Assembly: GCA_964016885.1 (NCBI GenBank)
Contig: OZ024743.1
Coordinates: 188,976,001-189,040,000, forward strand
DNA: 64,000 bases
From: Eledone cirrhosa
Taxonomy: Eukaryota
Direction of reading: 5' to 3'
The position numbers were made by a program, and so were the translations under genes. The notes below the pieces were generated by a model. It saw only the letters and a program-made list of their open reading frames with translations. It was not told the DNA's origin and searched no databases. The number at the start of each line of letters is the position of its first letter. Position 1 is the stretch's first letter. Below are positions 25,888 to 41,123 of the stretch, piece by piece.

Positions 25888-27319
25888 AGATCAAAAGATG
25901 GTTAAAGGAGTTCAATATATTTTATTATGCGCATTTCAAAAACAAACATCATCAAACAATAATATTTGTGTTTTCATCAGATAAAACAGGAGAACATGAT
26001 ATGAAGGCTAAAAAAACACTTGTTGATAGTGCAGTTTTAAATCAACATATGAAAAGTGGTTTTAGATTGATGTGTGATATTGGGAAAAATATTTTATTTA
26101 GAGAGGGGGGGAGAGAAAAGGATGAAAAGGGAAGGAGATGAGAGGGAGAGATGGGTGATAGAGAGAAAGAGATAGTTTTTATAACAGAGAGGAGATATAT
26201 TTTATATAGAGGGGTTGAAAACCGTTGGAAGATACTGTATAAATTAAAAATTTTGAAAATTAACGAAGGGAGGATATGTGCGAGGAAAAAATATATTATA
26301 TTTAGGGAGGGGTGGGGGTGGAAAGGATGAAAAAAAGGGGAGGAGATGAGAGTGAAGGTGGAAAGGGAGAGATGGGTGATAGAGAGAAAGAGATAGTTTT
26401 TATAACTGAGAAAAAGATATAATGTTTTAATATAGAGAGGTTGGGAACCGTTGGAAGATAATGTATAAATTAAAGGAATTTGAAAATTAACGAAGGGAAA
26501 TTATGTATGGAGATAGAGAGAAAAAAATAACGAAGGGAGATTATGTATGGAGATAGAGAGAAAAAAAAATAATAATTGTGGGTGAATATTCAAAAGGAGA
26601 AATGTAGGAATTTTAAAATTAGCAAAGAGAAAAAGTTTATGTATAGGATTTGAGAAAAATAATGTGAAGTTAAAGTTTTTATATTGAATTCATAAGTATT
26701 AATAATGAGTTCGTTGATGGGGAGAAAAAAATAATAATAAATTAAGGATGAAATTGAGATTAAAAAGATTTATGATAGAGAGAAAAAATAATAATGATTG
26801 CGGATGAATACTCAAAATGTCAAAAACAAATGTTATTGTTTTACGAGGAGATATAATGAGGGTGATGAGTAAACGGGTATTATAGAGTGTATAATGCCCT
26901 TTAAAGTAAGGTAGATGGGTATATTTTAAAGAATATATGAGTATATATTAAAAAAAATATATAATAATAAATTAAGGATGAAATTGAGATTAAAAAGATT
27001 TATGATAGAGGGAAAAAAAATATAATAATGATTGCGGATGAATATTCAAAATGTCAAAAACAAATGTTATTGTTTTACGAGAAGATAGGATGAGGTAAAT
27101 GAGTAAACGAGTACTATAGAGTGTATAATGCCCTTTAAAGTAAGGTAGATGGGTATATTTTAAAGAGGTGTATGTATATGTGCCTTTGAGAAAAGATTCT
27201 AAATTGATAAAGAATTGAATATTAACTGTATACTTTGTGAAAAGTTCTATGGAATTTATGCAGGCAGATGGAAAACAAATCCGAGCGTCTATTTATTATG
27301 GATTCTAAAACTCACCTCC

Positions 27320-27321
<2 letters not shown>
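25884..27321 (-). mobile_element. Non-coding HHR-terminated island with internal duplications, bounded by (TA)n on both sides
   Basis: HHR and polyA signal at the low-coordinate end. Internal direct repeats ~26085-26280/26287-26500 and ~26730-26930/26962-27165. Confidence 0.55.
25920..25986 (-). ncRNA. Type I hammerhead ribozyme, apparently intact
   Basis: ttttat CTGATGA aaa-c-acaaatattatt gttt gatgatgtttgt-t-ttt GAAA tgcgca TA ataaaa. 6-bp stem I, ~15-bp stem II, palindromic stem III, overlapping AATAAA. Confidence 0.8.
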
Positions 27322-29706
<2,385 letters not shown>

Positions 29707-30178
29707 ACATATATATATATTGGTAAACGGAATAGAAAATGCTGACAAATTGTTCACAGTTGAAAAATGGTTTAATTAGGAATAAAAGAGTATTAGTATT
29801 CAGTTGTGGTTTTAAGTTTTTAAGTTTTTACCGGTTGCGCATTTCTAAATCCTTTTCAAAAATAATTTTGAGATAGAGTGTCCGTGCTGTTTGCTCTGAT
29901 CTGATTAGTTTTGGGAATTCTACCTGTTTTTATGTTAAAAAAGTGGCTCCAGCGTTACATTGGTGTTGCAAAAATTCTTGTGGTCAAAACAATTTTGATT
30001 GGTCGTTAGAGGTCATGTGAATGTAAAAAATTGATTTTGCGCCAAGACTGTTTTTATGTTAAAAAAGTGGCTCCAGCAAAAATTCTTGTGGTCAAAACAA
30101 TTTTGATTGGTCGGTAGAGGTCATGTGAATAAAAAATTGGTTTTGCGCCAAGACTGAGAAATGACTCTTTCACAACAA

Positions 30179-30218
<40 letters not shown>

Positions 30219-30287
30219 TAGTAGTAGTAAGGTGTTCGATGTTGTGATAATGGTTAGCAGCGATGTGTGTCAAATGGCTATTAAGAT

Positions 30288-30338
<51 letters not shown>

Positions 30339-30698
30339 GCAGAGTAATTCTTGGTGGCAGGGATGGTCAGTAAGAATGTGTCTGAAAGCAATGGGTGGTA
30401 TTTTAGCATGTCAAAAGATATTTTTCAGCTTTTGTCTTATACGGAGAAGTGCGTGTGTGTGTGTGTATATAAGTCTCTTTGTATGTTGATGTACGCGTGT
30501 GTATGTGTGTGTGTATATATGTATATATATGTGTGGGGGGGGGGGGGGGCTAGACCAGTATTTTTTTCCCCCTGGTAAAATGGTGTACATTATTCGATTT
30601 TTTCAGTAAAATCGGTTCTCTTAATAGAACATCAAAAATCTTAACAATAAAAGGTGTGAAATGATATTCACTATATATATATATACACATACATATAT

Positions 30699-30740
<42 letters not shown>

Positions 30741-30892
30741 TACACATATATACATATATATATATGCACATATATTTTTTTGTGTTGCACCATAGAGCAT
30801 GTGTGTTTACGTATGTCATTGTGTTTATATGTGGGTAGAGATGTGTGCTGGTGTAGGTATGTATGTTGACGTGTGTATGTTGTGGGTTCGTC

Positions 30893-33219
30893 TTAGGGAG
30901 AAGTGTTTAGACGGGGACCGTATTTGTTAATGAAGTAAGATTCCTTGCTGATGCGCTGGGTGTGGGTGGCATCATCTTTAAATTTGTAGAGGGGAAAGAT
31001 TCTGAAGTTGGGATGATTTTGGGCGGCACAGGTATCAATGTGTTCACTCAGTGGTATTTTCCTGTATTCCCGTATTTTGATTTGGGATCTATGGACAGTC
31101 ATGCGTTGGCGGAGGCTGTTTTTGGTCTGGCCTATGTATTGTTCTCGACAACCTGAACAAGTTAATGCATATATTAGATTTTCCGATGCACATGTGAAAT
31201 TGTGTTTTACTATAAAACGTTGTCCATCTTTGAAATAGAATTCCGAACCCTCTATTAGGTTGATGCAAATGCCACAGTTGGGTCTATCGCATTTTTTTAA
31301 CTGTGGGTTTCGTTGTTGTGGTTGGCAGTACTTTGGCATGTGTTAAGATGTTTTTCATTGACTTGGATTGTCTTTTGCTCTTTATGATATCATGTGTTCA
31401 TAGAATTTAGTTCATTCTATGGTCCTTTTTCAATACAGGGATGTTCTGGAGGATGGTATCAAAGGCCTCATTGTTGAGGGGGTTGTGTGTGGAGATGTAT
31501 GGAAGAGCTTTTAGTTTTGGTTGATTTACTTTAGGGTGTCTAAGGTCCTGGGTACTGAGTTTTAGGGCACGTTGGATTCCATTGTCAATTAATGATGCAG
31601 GGTAGTCCCTGCCTATGAGTGTGTCCTTTAGTTCTTGTAGCCGTAAGTAGCAGATGTTTTTATTGGAGACTATAGTACAGATTCTCTTGGCTAAGTTGTA
31701 GGGAATATTAATTTTAACGTGTCTAGGGTGGCAAGAGTTGAAGGGGAGATATTGCTTGGAGTCTGTGGGCTTGTAGTATATGTCTGTTTCTATTTTTCTG
31801 TTATGGATCTTAATGAGGATGTCGAGGAAGGGGAGTTGTTGATGGCTGTATTCCATCGTGAAGTTAATATTTGTGTTGAGCCCATTTATAAGGGTGTGAA
31901 ATTCTTTAAGTTTTTCGATGTTTTCGTGCCAAAGGATGAAGCAGTCATCTAGATATCGCTTCCAGTTCCTTTCAATGTGTAAGTGGGGGGTGTTTCCAAA
32001 TTTGTTTAGGACTTTAGTGTAGAGGGTGATTTCCAGGTATCCCATGACTAGGTTGGCATAAGTGGGGGCTGTTTTCGTTCCCATAGCGGTCCCAGATTTC
32101 TGCCTGTAGGGTTTGTTATTGAAAACGAAGTAATTGTTCTCCAAGATAAATTTGAGTCCCTCTATCACGAATTCTTTTTTGATGCGTTGTGGGAGTTCAT
32201 TGTGGAAATTATCCAGCCAGAATTGGATAGCTTCTATTCCTAGGTTGTGGGGGATGTTGGAGTATAGGTTGACTACATCGAACGTCACTATTAGGGTTTG
32301 TTCAGAAAGTGGCATATTAGGGAGGTGATTGAGAATATCTAGGTCGTCCCTTATATAGCTTTTGATGTGCTTGAGGAAGGGTTTGAGAAGGGTATCAATG
32401 AAGTTGCTAAGACGGTGCGTTTCGCAAGCGAGGCCTGCTATTATAGGTCTTAATTTGAGATCATTGGGTGAGGGGACATTGATAACTATGTCTGTGGCTT
32501 CCTTGCATGCCTTACTTATTGATTCGCTTTTATGTACTTTAGGGATACCGTAGAAAAGGCTGGATTTACTTGTGAAGTCTGTGATGAAGCTGAATTCCTT
32601 GTTTGTGAGTCCTTCTTTGTATTGGTTGATTAGAGTTTTTAGGTTTCTCATAATTTTGTGTTGATTGTGGTGTTCAGCCTTTTCGTAGTATGTTTCGTTT
32701 TCCAAAGTGGAGAGCGCTAAGTTGATATAGAATTCTGTCTCCATTAGGACTGCTGTACTCCCTTTATCAGCCTCTTTAATTGTAATGGTTCTGTCGGTTT
32801 TTAATCTATTTAATTCTTCCCATTCTTTCTTGTTGAGGTTTGGCTTGTGTTTTTGTCTGTGCAAGTGTTGGTAAGGGAAGTTTGTGATGTGTTCACAGAA
32901 TTCGTCCAGGATTTAATTTCTACCTTTTGAAGGGGTGTAATTGCTTCTATTTCTGGCTAATGATTTATCCTCATTGTACTGGTCGAATAGTTGTTCACTA
33001 AGTCGTAACTTTCTACAGAAGTCTGTGATGTCTTCCTTCATTTCATAGTAGTTAGGACGTAGTGGGGTCGGTGTGAATTTAAGACCTTTGGAGAGTAAGT
33101 TGATAAGGTTGGGTGTTGGTTCTGCACTAGTAAGATTGATAATTTTTATTACTATCGGTTTCTCCTCCCTGTCTTGTGTTATTTTGTTTGCCTGTATCTG
33201 TGTGCTGTGTCTAAAAAAT
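30893..33219 (-). pseudogene. PLE RT + GIY-YIG endonuclease frame, disabled
   Basis: One frame runs from 33218 to ~31330 with stops at 32913-32915, 31407-31409 and ~31398-31400. A frameshift then leads into ORF 30893..31339 (NLIYALTCSGCREQYIGQT...LRQR). Confidence 0.9.
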
Positions 33220-34489
33220 GGTTGGGGTAGAGGGGTTGTCTGCTGATGTTAAGTGGTCTCCTGTGTTTGTTATATTCCTTGTTGTTGTAAAATGTGGTTC
33301 GGGTTGGTGGTTGTAGATTGAATGGGGTGTTCCTGTACTGCGAGTATGGGTGTGTGTTTCTATGTGCCATGTTGTATTGTGGTGTTATAAGTGGCCTACG
33401 TTGTTGGTTGTATCGTGTGGTGTGTGTTTGTTGTGTATTGTGGAAGCGAGAGTTGAGAAAATGGTAATTACCTTGCTGTCCCCTTGAAGCGGGGAAGTTG
33501 TTACATCTATCATGGCGGTGGTATCTTTTCCCTATGTTTGACGATGAGGCATCCGCATAGTAGTTGAGTGATTTGGTATGGTGTCTCCTTGAAGGGGGAA
33601 AGTTGTAAATGTCATTCTGGGGGAGATGATTTCTTGGGTTTTTGTTCCTTCTTATGGTAGCGAGGTTGGGAAGTTCATTTTTGGTGTGGTGCTTCCTTCT
33701 TCGTTTGGTAGAGGCTTGGGGGTTTGAGAAGTTGTTGTGCGGTTCAGTTATGGGTTTTCCTATTTTTATGAACGGGTTATTGGAGGTGTAATCCGTTTGA
33801 AAAGTCGATTCATAGTGTAGGAACCAAGCGGCACTTTTTTCCCAGAGTTGAAGGGATTTCAGTTCTTCTCTGTTGCAGTCCCCTTTCCATAATTTAGAGA
33901 TCTTCTCTACCTTGGGGCCTTCAGTTTTGTTGTTGATTTCCAGGAGGATCTCTTCATCGATGGTTTTGACTTTTTCCTCATTTGTCTGGGCCCTCAGTTT
34001 AAGAAGTTCAATTTCTGTCTTCATTTTTTCCAATGCCATTCTTTCCCTAAGGTGTCTTTGAGGTTCGGGTTCATTTGGAATGGACTTTATTTGTAGTTTA
34101 CGGGGGAGAGTTAGAGGGGTTGAGTTAAGCCATTTTTCATATATCTCTGCTTTGTTGTGATTTTGTATCATCTTCCAGAATGAGAACTTTCTGTCTCTGA
34201 GGGATTTGTTCCATTTTGGAATTGTTCGAATTTTCATTTTGTGTGAATCAATCTCACATGGTTCTTCGTTGGTTTTTCCTGGGTTGGTAGTAGTGAACAT
34301 AGTTTGGATAGTATCGCAAAGGTTTTGGAGTTTGTCGCCGATTTCGGAGGGTTTGTATCCGGTGGCGGTTTCCTTATTTGTGGAGTCAAGTTTGTCGACC
34401 AGCAAAGATAGGTTGGTGTTGATTTTCTTGAGTTTCTGTAGGATCTCTTCATTTGAGTTGATGAGGGTTGTATCCGTTTTTGTTGGCAT
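33179..34489 (-). CDS. PLE upstream ORF (436 aa; predicted coiled-coil plus basic N/R/H/Q-rich tail)
   Basis: Intact, non-repetitive ORF between the upstream pLTR and the RT frame; overlaps the RT frame at T TTT TTA. Confidence 0.7.
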   Translation of the reverse strand: MPTKTDTTLINSNEEILQKLKKINTNLSLLVDKLDSTNKETATGYKPSEIGDKLQNLCDTIQTMFTTTNPGKTNEEPCEIDSHKMKIRTIPKWNKSLRDRKFSFWKMIQNHNKAEIYEKWLNSTPLTLPRKLQIKSIPNEPEPQRHLRERMALEKMKTEIELLKLRAQTNEEKVKTIDEEILLEINNKTEGPKVEKISKLWKGDCNREELKSLQLWEKSAAWFLHYESTFQTDYTSNNPFIKIGKPITEPHNNFSNPQASTKRRRKHHTKNELPNLATIRRNKNPRNHLPQNDIYNFPPSRRHHTKSLNYYADASSSNIGKRYHRHDRCNNFPASRGQQGNYHFLNSRFHNTQQTHTTRYNQQRRPLITPQYNMAHRNTHPYSQYRNTPFNLQPPTRTTFYNNKEYNKHRRPLNISRQPLYPNHFLDTAHRYRQTK

Positions 34490-35031
34490 TTTCTGTATCT
34501 CGTGTGAGGATATGATAGTTAAAAGAATAGAGGTCTAACACACAAGTTATTATATATTGGTAAACGGAATAGAAAATGCTGACAAATTGTTCACAGTTGA
34601 AAAATGGTTTAATTAGGAAAAAAAGAGTATTAGTGATTGTATGGGTTAGTATTCAGTTGTGGTTTTAAGTTTTTAAGTTTTTACCGGTTGCGCATTTCTA
34701 AATGCTTTTCAAAAATAATTTTGAGATAGAGTGTCCGTGCTGTTTGCTCTGATCTGATTAGTTTTGGGAATTCTACCTGTTTTTATGTTAAAAAAGTGGC
34801 TCCAGCGTTACTTTGGTGTTGCAAAAATTCTTGTGGTCAAAACAATTTTGATTGGTCGGTAGAGGTCATGTGAATGTAAAAAATTGATTTTGCGCCAAGA
34901 CTGTTTTTATGTTGAAAAAGTGGCTCCAGCAAAAATGCTTGTGGTCAAGACAATTTTGATTGGTCGGTAGAGGTCATGTGAATAAAAAATTGGTTTTGCG
35001 CCAAGACTGAGAAATGACTCTTTCACAACAA

Positions 35032-35124
<93 letters not shown>

Positions 35125-35158
35125 TGTGTGTGGGTGTGTATGTGTGTGTGTGTGTGTG

Positions 35159-35199
<41 letters not shown>

Positions 35200-35271
35200 T
35201 AGTAGTAGTAGTAAGGTGTTCGATGTTGTGATAATGGTTAGCAGCGATGTGTGTCAAATGGCTATTAAGAT

Positions 35272-35338
<67 letters not shown>

Positions 35339-35511
35339 TGTGTATAGCAGAGTAATTCGTGGAGGCAGGGATGGTCAGTAAGAATGGGGTATTTTAGCAT
35401 GTCAAAAGATATTTTCAGCTTTTGTCTTATACGGAGAAGTGCGTGTGTGTGTGTATATATAAGTCTCTTTGTATGTTGATGTACGCGTGTGTATGTGTGT
35501 GTGTATATATG

Positions 35512-35551
<40 letters not shown>

Positions 35552-35552
35552 C

Positions 35553-35629
<77 letters not shown>

Positions 35630-35950
35630 TATACATATATATATATACATATATATATATATACATATATATATATAAGAATTGAAACACCAGAGTGTGT
35701 TGGAGTCAAACACGCTCTTCGTATTATAGATATGACAGTAAAGGTATAGCTCAATGTAATTAAACAGAACCGAAGAATTATGAAAATGAATCAAAGAAGC
35801 CTTCAGAAGAATATATATATATGTATATATATATGTATATATATATATGTATATATATATGTATATATATATATATGTATATATATATGTATATATATAT
35901 GTATATATATATGTATATATATATGTATATATGTATGTATATATATATAT

Positions 35951-36404
35951 CAAAGGGCAAAGGAGCTCTTAAGCGTCAATGGCCATCCAAAATTACTGGG
36001 AGAGATGACCCCTTAGCCTTTGTCAAGGCAGAATTCTAGGAGAAGGAAAACTCTGATATAACACCTGCAACCCTGATGGTATCCAATGATGTTGACTTGT
36101 TCTTCTTTTTGGTAAATATCATCTTGGTTAAGAGAGTGGGACTGGCTTTGTGCAGTGCCTTTGCTCACTATAAAAGCTTCACGGCACAGGCATTGCTTTA
36201 TATCTGGAGACCTCTCTGCACTTGTCGTCATATGGTACCATGGGCCCAGCACTATGTGTTAATAATTGTCACAAGTGTAGTGTTTGTACCAGAGTCTTCA
36301 AGTCGCTGGCTGGACTAAAAAGTCACACTCGTTCAGCACATCGGTAGGAGTTCTCCTACATGGATATAAAGTAGTGACCGTACTCGAAAACGAGTTGGCA
36401 GCCA

Positions 36405-36408
<4 letters not shown>
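35951..36408 (+). mobile_element. Bipartite RTE derivative, third copy
   Basis: Reverse complement of 5402-5861 at high identity; (TA/TATG)n on both sides. Confidence 0.9.
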
Positions 36409-38125
<1,717 letters not shown>

Positions 38126-38916
38126 TAAAGTTTACTGCATAACTTATCACCAGTACCAGCTGGTTCTGGTCATAAGTTATGCAGTAAACTTTCTGCATAA
38201 CGGTAATTATGTGAATCATACTCCTTTCACTGTAGACACTACAATAGAACACAATAGGGGGAAACATGATAATAGTACCACTGGTGATGTTTCAGATGTG
38301 CAACGAAAGACCTTTGTTAGACTATATATATATATATATATATTTATATCTGTATGTTTGACCGTTGATCATTCAATGATAAACATTAATGGTCAAATGA
38401 ATTAACTATGTCGATATAAAGATGCAGAAGTGTAAACCAGTGAGTATGTTCTGTTATTATTTCTGGCAATATTTCAACAATATGACCCTCCCCAAGAATA
38501 GCAATATATATATATATAGATATTCAAAACAACGAACAGCGGAGGACACGTTTCGCACCTTTCTGACAGACAACCCCCCCCCCCCCTCCCCGGAAAAAAA
38601 CCCAAGTTGATGGATGTGAATCCGAAATATATAGGGACAATTAAATCTCTCCAAAGGTAACTCTTTCTCGTGTTGTTATTTTTATTTTTATTCTTTACGA
38701 TCTTTCCTTCTTTCCTCTACACGTTACAGTCTTATACGCACCATGCATCTCAACGTACACCCACTTACATCTCTCTCTCCACCACCAGATCTTGTTACCC
38801 GGAGATTTACCCATCTGCATTGTCGAGGCTTCCAAACGACTTAAAGAAATTTACCTTATTATTCCACAATGCTTCAAGCAAACTTCAATACTCTCATATA
38901 CATATATATATATATT

Positions 38917-39783
38917 AGCAGCAGAGGTGGGTGTTCGGAAAGTACAATAACTAGCATAAGAACGGGATGGAAGAAGTTCAGGGAGATACTGCCACTGCTA
39001 GCTGCAAAAGGCTTTTCCCTCAAAATGAAAGGCAGACTATATGATGCGTGTATACGAACAGCAACCTTACATGGCAGTGAAACCTGGATGCTGTCTGTAG
39101 AGACTTGTGCAGATTAGAAAGAAACAAATCTTGCATGCTCCAATGGATATGTAATAGTAATATACGCGAACGGCAAAGCATAAACGAATTGAGAGAGAGA
39201 CTGAGCGCATAAGAGGGATCAAATGCTGTGTGCAGGAGAGGAGGTTGTGTTGGTATGGACATGTGATGTGTATGACGCATGACAGCTGCATAAAAAGGTG
39301 CAGAGCACTACAAGTCATTGGAAGCCATGGTTTGGGGAGACCCAAGAAGACCTGGGATGAGGTGATAAAAGCTGACCTTACCCAATTGCACCTCTCAAAG
39401 CCAATGACACATGACCGTGACCTCTGGTGTCACGCAGTAATACAGAAGACCCGACTTCCCACAGGAACAAGTCGAAGCTGAAGCATATTGACAATATGCC
39501 CCCACCCCCTCCCACTGCAAAGTGGTCGTGGAGGTGCCGTGGCAAAAAAAGCTCCCAGCCCACACTGTAAAGTAGACGTGTAGACGTCACGGAAAAAAAG
39601 CACCCAGCACTCACTGTAAATGAGGTTGGTGTTAGGAAGGGCATCCAGCTGTAGAAATCAAGCCAGAAACAGTATGAGCAAGACACGGCTAGTTGACTGG
39701 ACACTGCCCACAACAGGACAACCTGTCTAACCCATGCTAGTGTGGAAGAATGGATGTAAAACGGTGATGATGATGTTGATGAT
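38917..39783 (+). mobile_element. RTE-type LINE family B, 3' fragment
   Basis: GWKKFRE...KGRLYDACIR...HGSETW; RRLCWYGHVM...GRPKKTW; (TGA)n tail. Confidence 0.85.
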
Positions 39784-39811
39784 AAATATGTTTATATATA
39801 CATATATTTAC

Positions 39812-39852
<41 letters not shown>

Positions 39853-40384
39853 AGCTTCCAGCGCATACTGTGAAGTGGTAATTTATGTGACATGACAAAA
39901 ACACCCAGTACTCATTGTAAATGTGCTTGGCATTAGGAAGAGCATCCAACTTTAGAAAACAAGCCAAAATCAGTTCTGTATGAGCAAGATATGGTCACCT
40001 GACCTGGCATTTCTTGGAACAGGACAACTCGTCAAACTCATGCTAGCATGGAAAACTGGACATTAAACAATGATGATGATGATGACGATGATATATATCA
40101 TCATAATCATCATCACCATTTAATGACCATTTTCCAGACTAGCATGTGTTAAATGAGTTGTCCCATTGTGAGGCCAGCCACATCAGATGACCATATCTTG
40201 CTCATTCAGAACAATTCCTGGCTTGGTTTCTATGGCTTCGTGGCCTCCTTAGCACCAACCACATTTGCAGTGTGGTCTCGTTTCTTTTTTACCACTTTAC
40301 AGTGGCAGGAGACCCAGGGATAATCCACGAATAAGATGGTTGTGTAACATCTGAGGGATCTAATCCTGCAACCCCATTAGGATG

Positions 40385-40458
40385 GAGAAGAAGAAGAAGA
40401 AGAAGAAGAAGAAGAAGAAGAAGAAGAAGAAGAAGAAGAAGAAGAAGAAGAAGAAGAA
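40385..40458. repeat. (GAA)n microsatellite
   Basis: Read directly. Confidence 0.95.
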
Positions 40459-41123
40459 AACTACACTAGTTTTTTTTGTGTGTTTTCCTTTGTAAATAAT
40501 AGTAAAACATTTTATAAAATATATCTGAACAAGCTCATCTAAAGATCCAATTACTAACCAATATTATTCTAAAATGTTTATTTCTTAATGAGAACCTAAG
40601 TAATTTTGATACCACTCAACAAATTCTATACATATTTAGACTCTTCATGGCAATGAAATACTTGCCAGAAAGCAATTAACCTACCAGATACAATTGTGAG
40701 TAATCTCTTGAACAATCTGCTTCTTATAATTGCTTTTACAAATTACAAATATAATTTTGCTTCTTATTCTTTCCTTTTTTTCTCATGTCATTTTTTAAAT
40801 TTACTTTATTGTTTTGATTTTCTTCTTGGTATTATTCGATTAATTTCTTTACTGACAGATAGAAATGGATATTTCATTTTATATTTAAAATAAATAAATA
40901 AATAAATGTTTTATCTCCATAAAGAGGTCAATAAGAAAATCTGAATAACAGTGTTAAAATCTCAAGCACTTAACCTATAGTGTATTGCTATTAATGCCTG
41001 TAGTGAAACTTTGTGATTTAATAGTGTCAATTAAAGTATGTTTTGTGCATGACACACACATGTGCACACACACACATGTGCACACACACACACATACACA
41101 CACCTATATATATATATATATAT

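Larger units (their letters stand above)
29716..35515 (-). mobile_element. Penelope-like retroelement (Neptune-type) with direct pLTRs
   Basis: Direct repeats 29716-30530 and 34553-35515 flank the coding region. It has the PLE N-terminal motif (IINLT...LLSKGLKFTPTP), DKG, RT (GTAMG, RYLDD, PFLD) and a C-terminal GIY-YIG with a Cx4Cx2C linker. Confidence 0.92.

Noticed and set aside
29825-29900. Hammerhead in the pLTR of the full PLE (GAAATGCGCA on the minus strand)
   Set aside because: A stem III-like half is present in both pLTRs, but no CUGANGA core or NUH triplet could be found.
31398-31400. TGA in the PLE frame as selenocysteine
   Set aside because: It lies next to a TAA stop and a frameshift in a decayed stretch, not at a recognisable conserved Cys.
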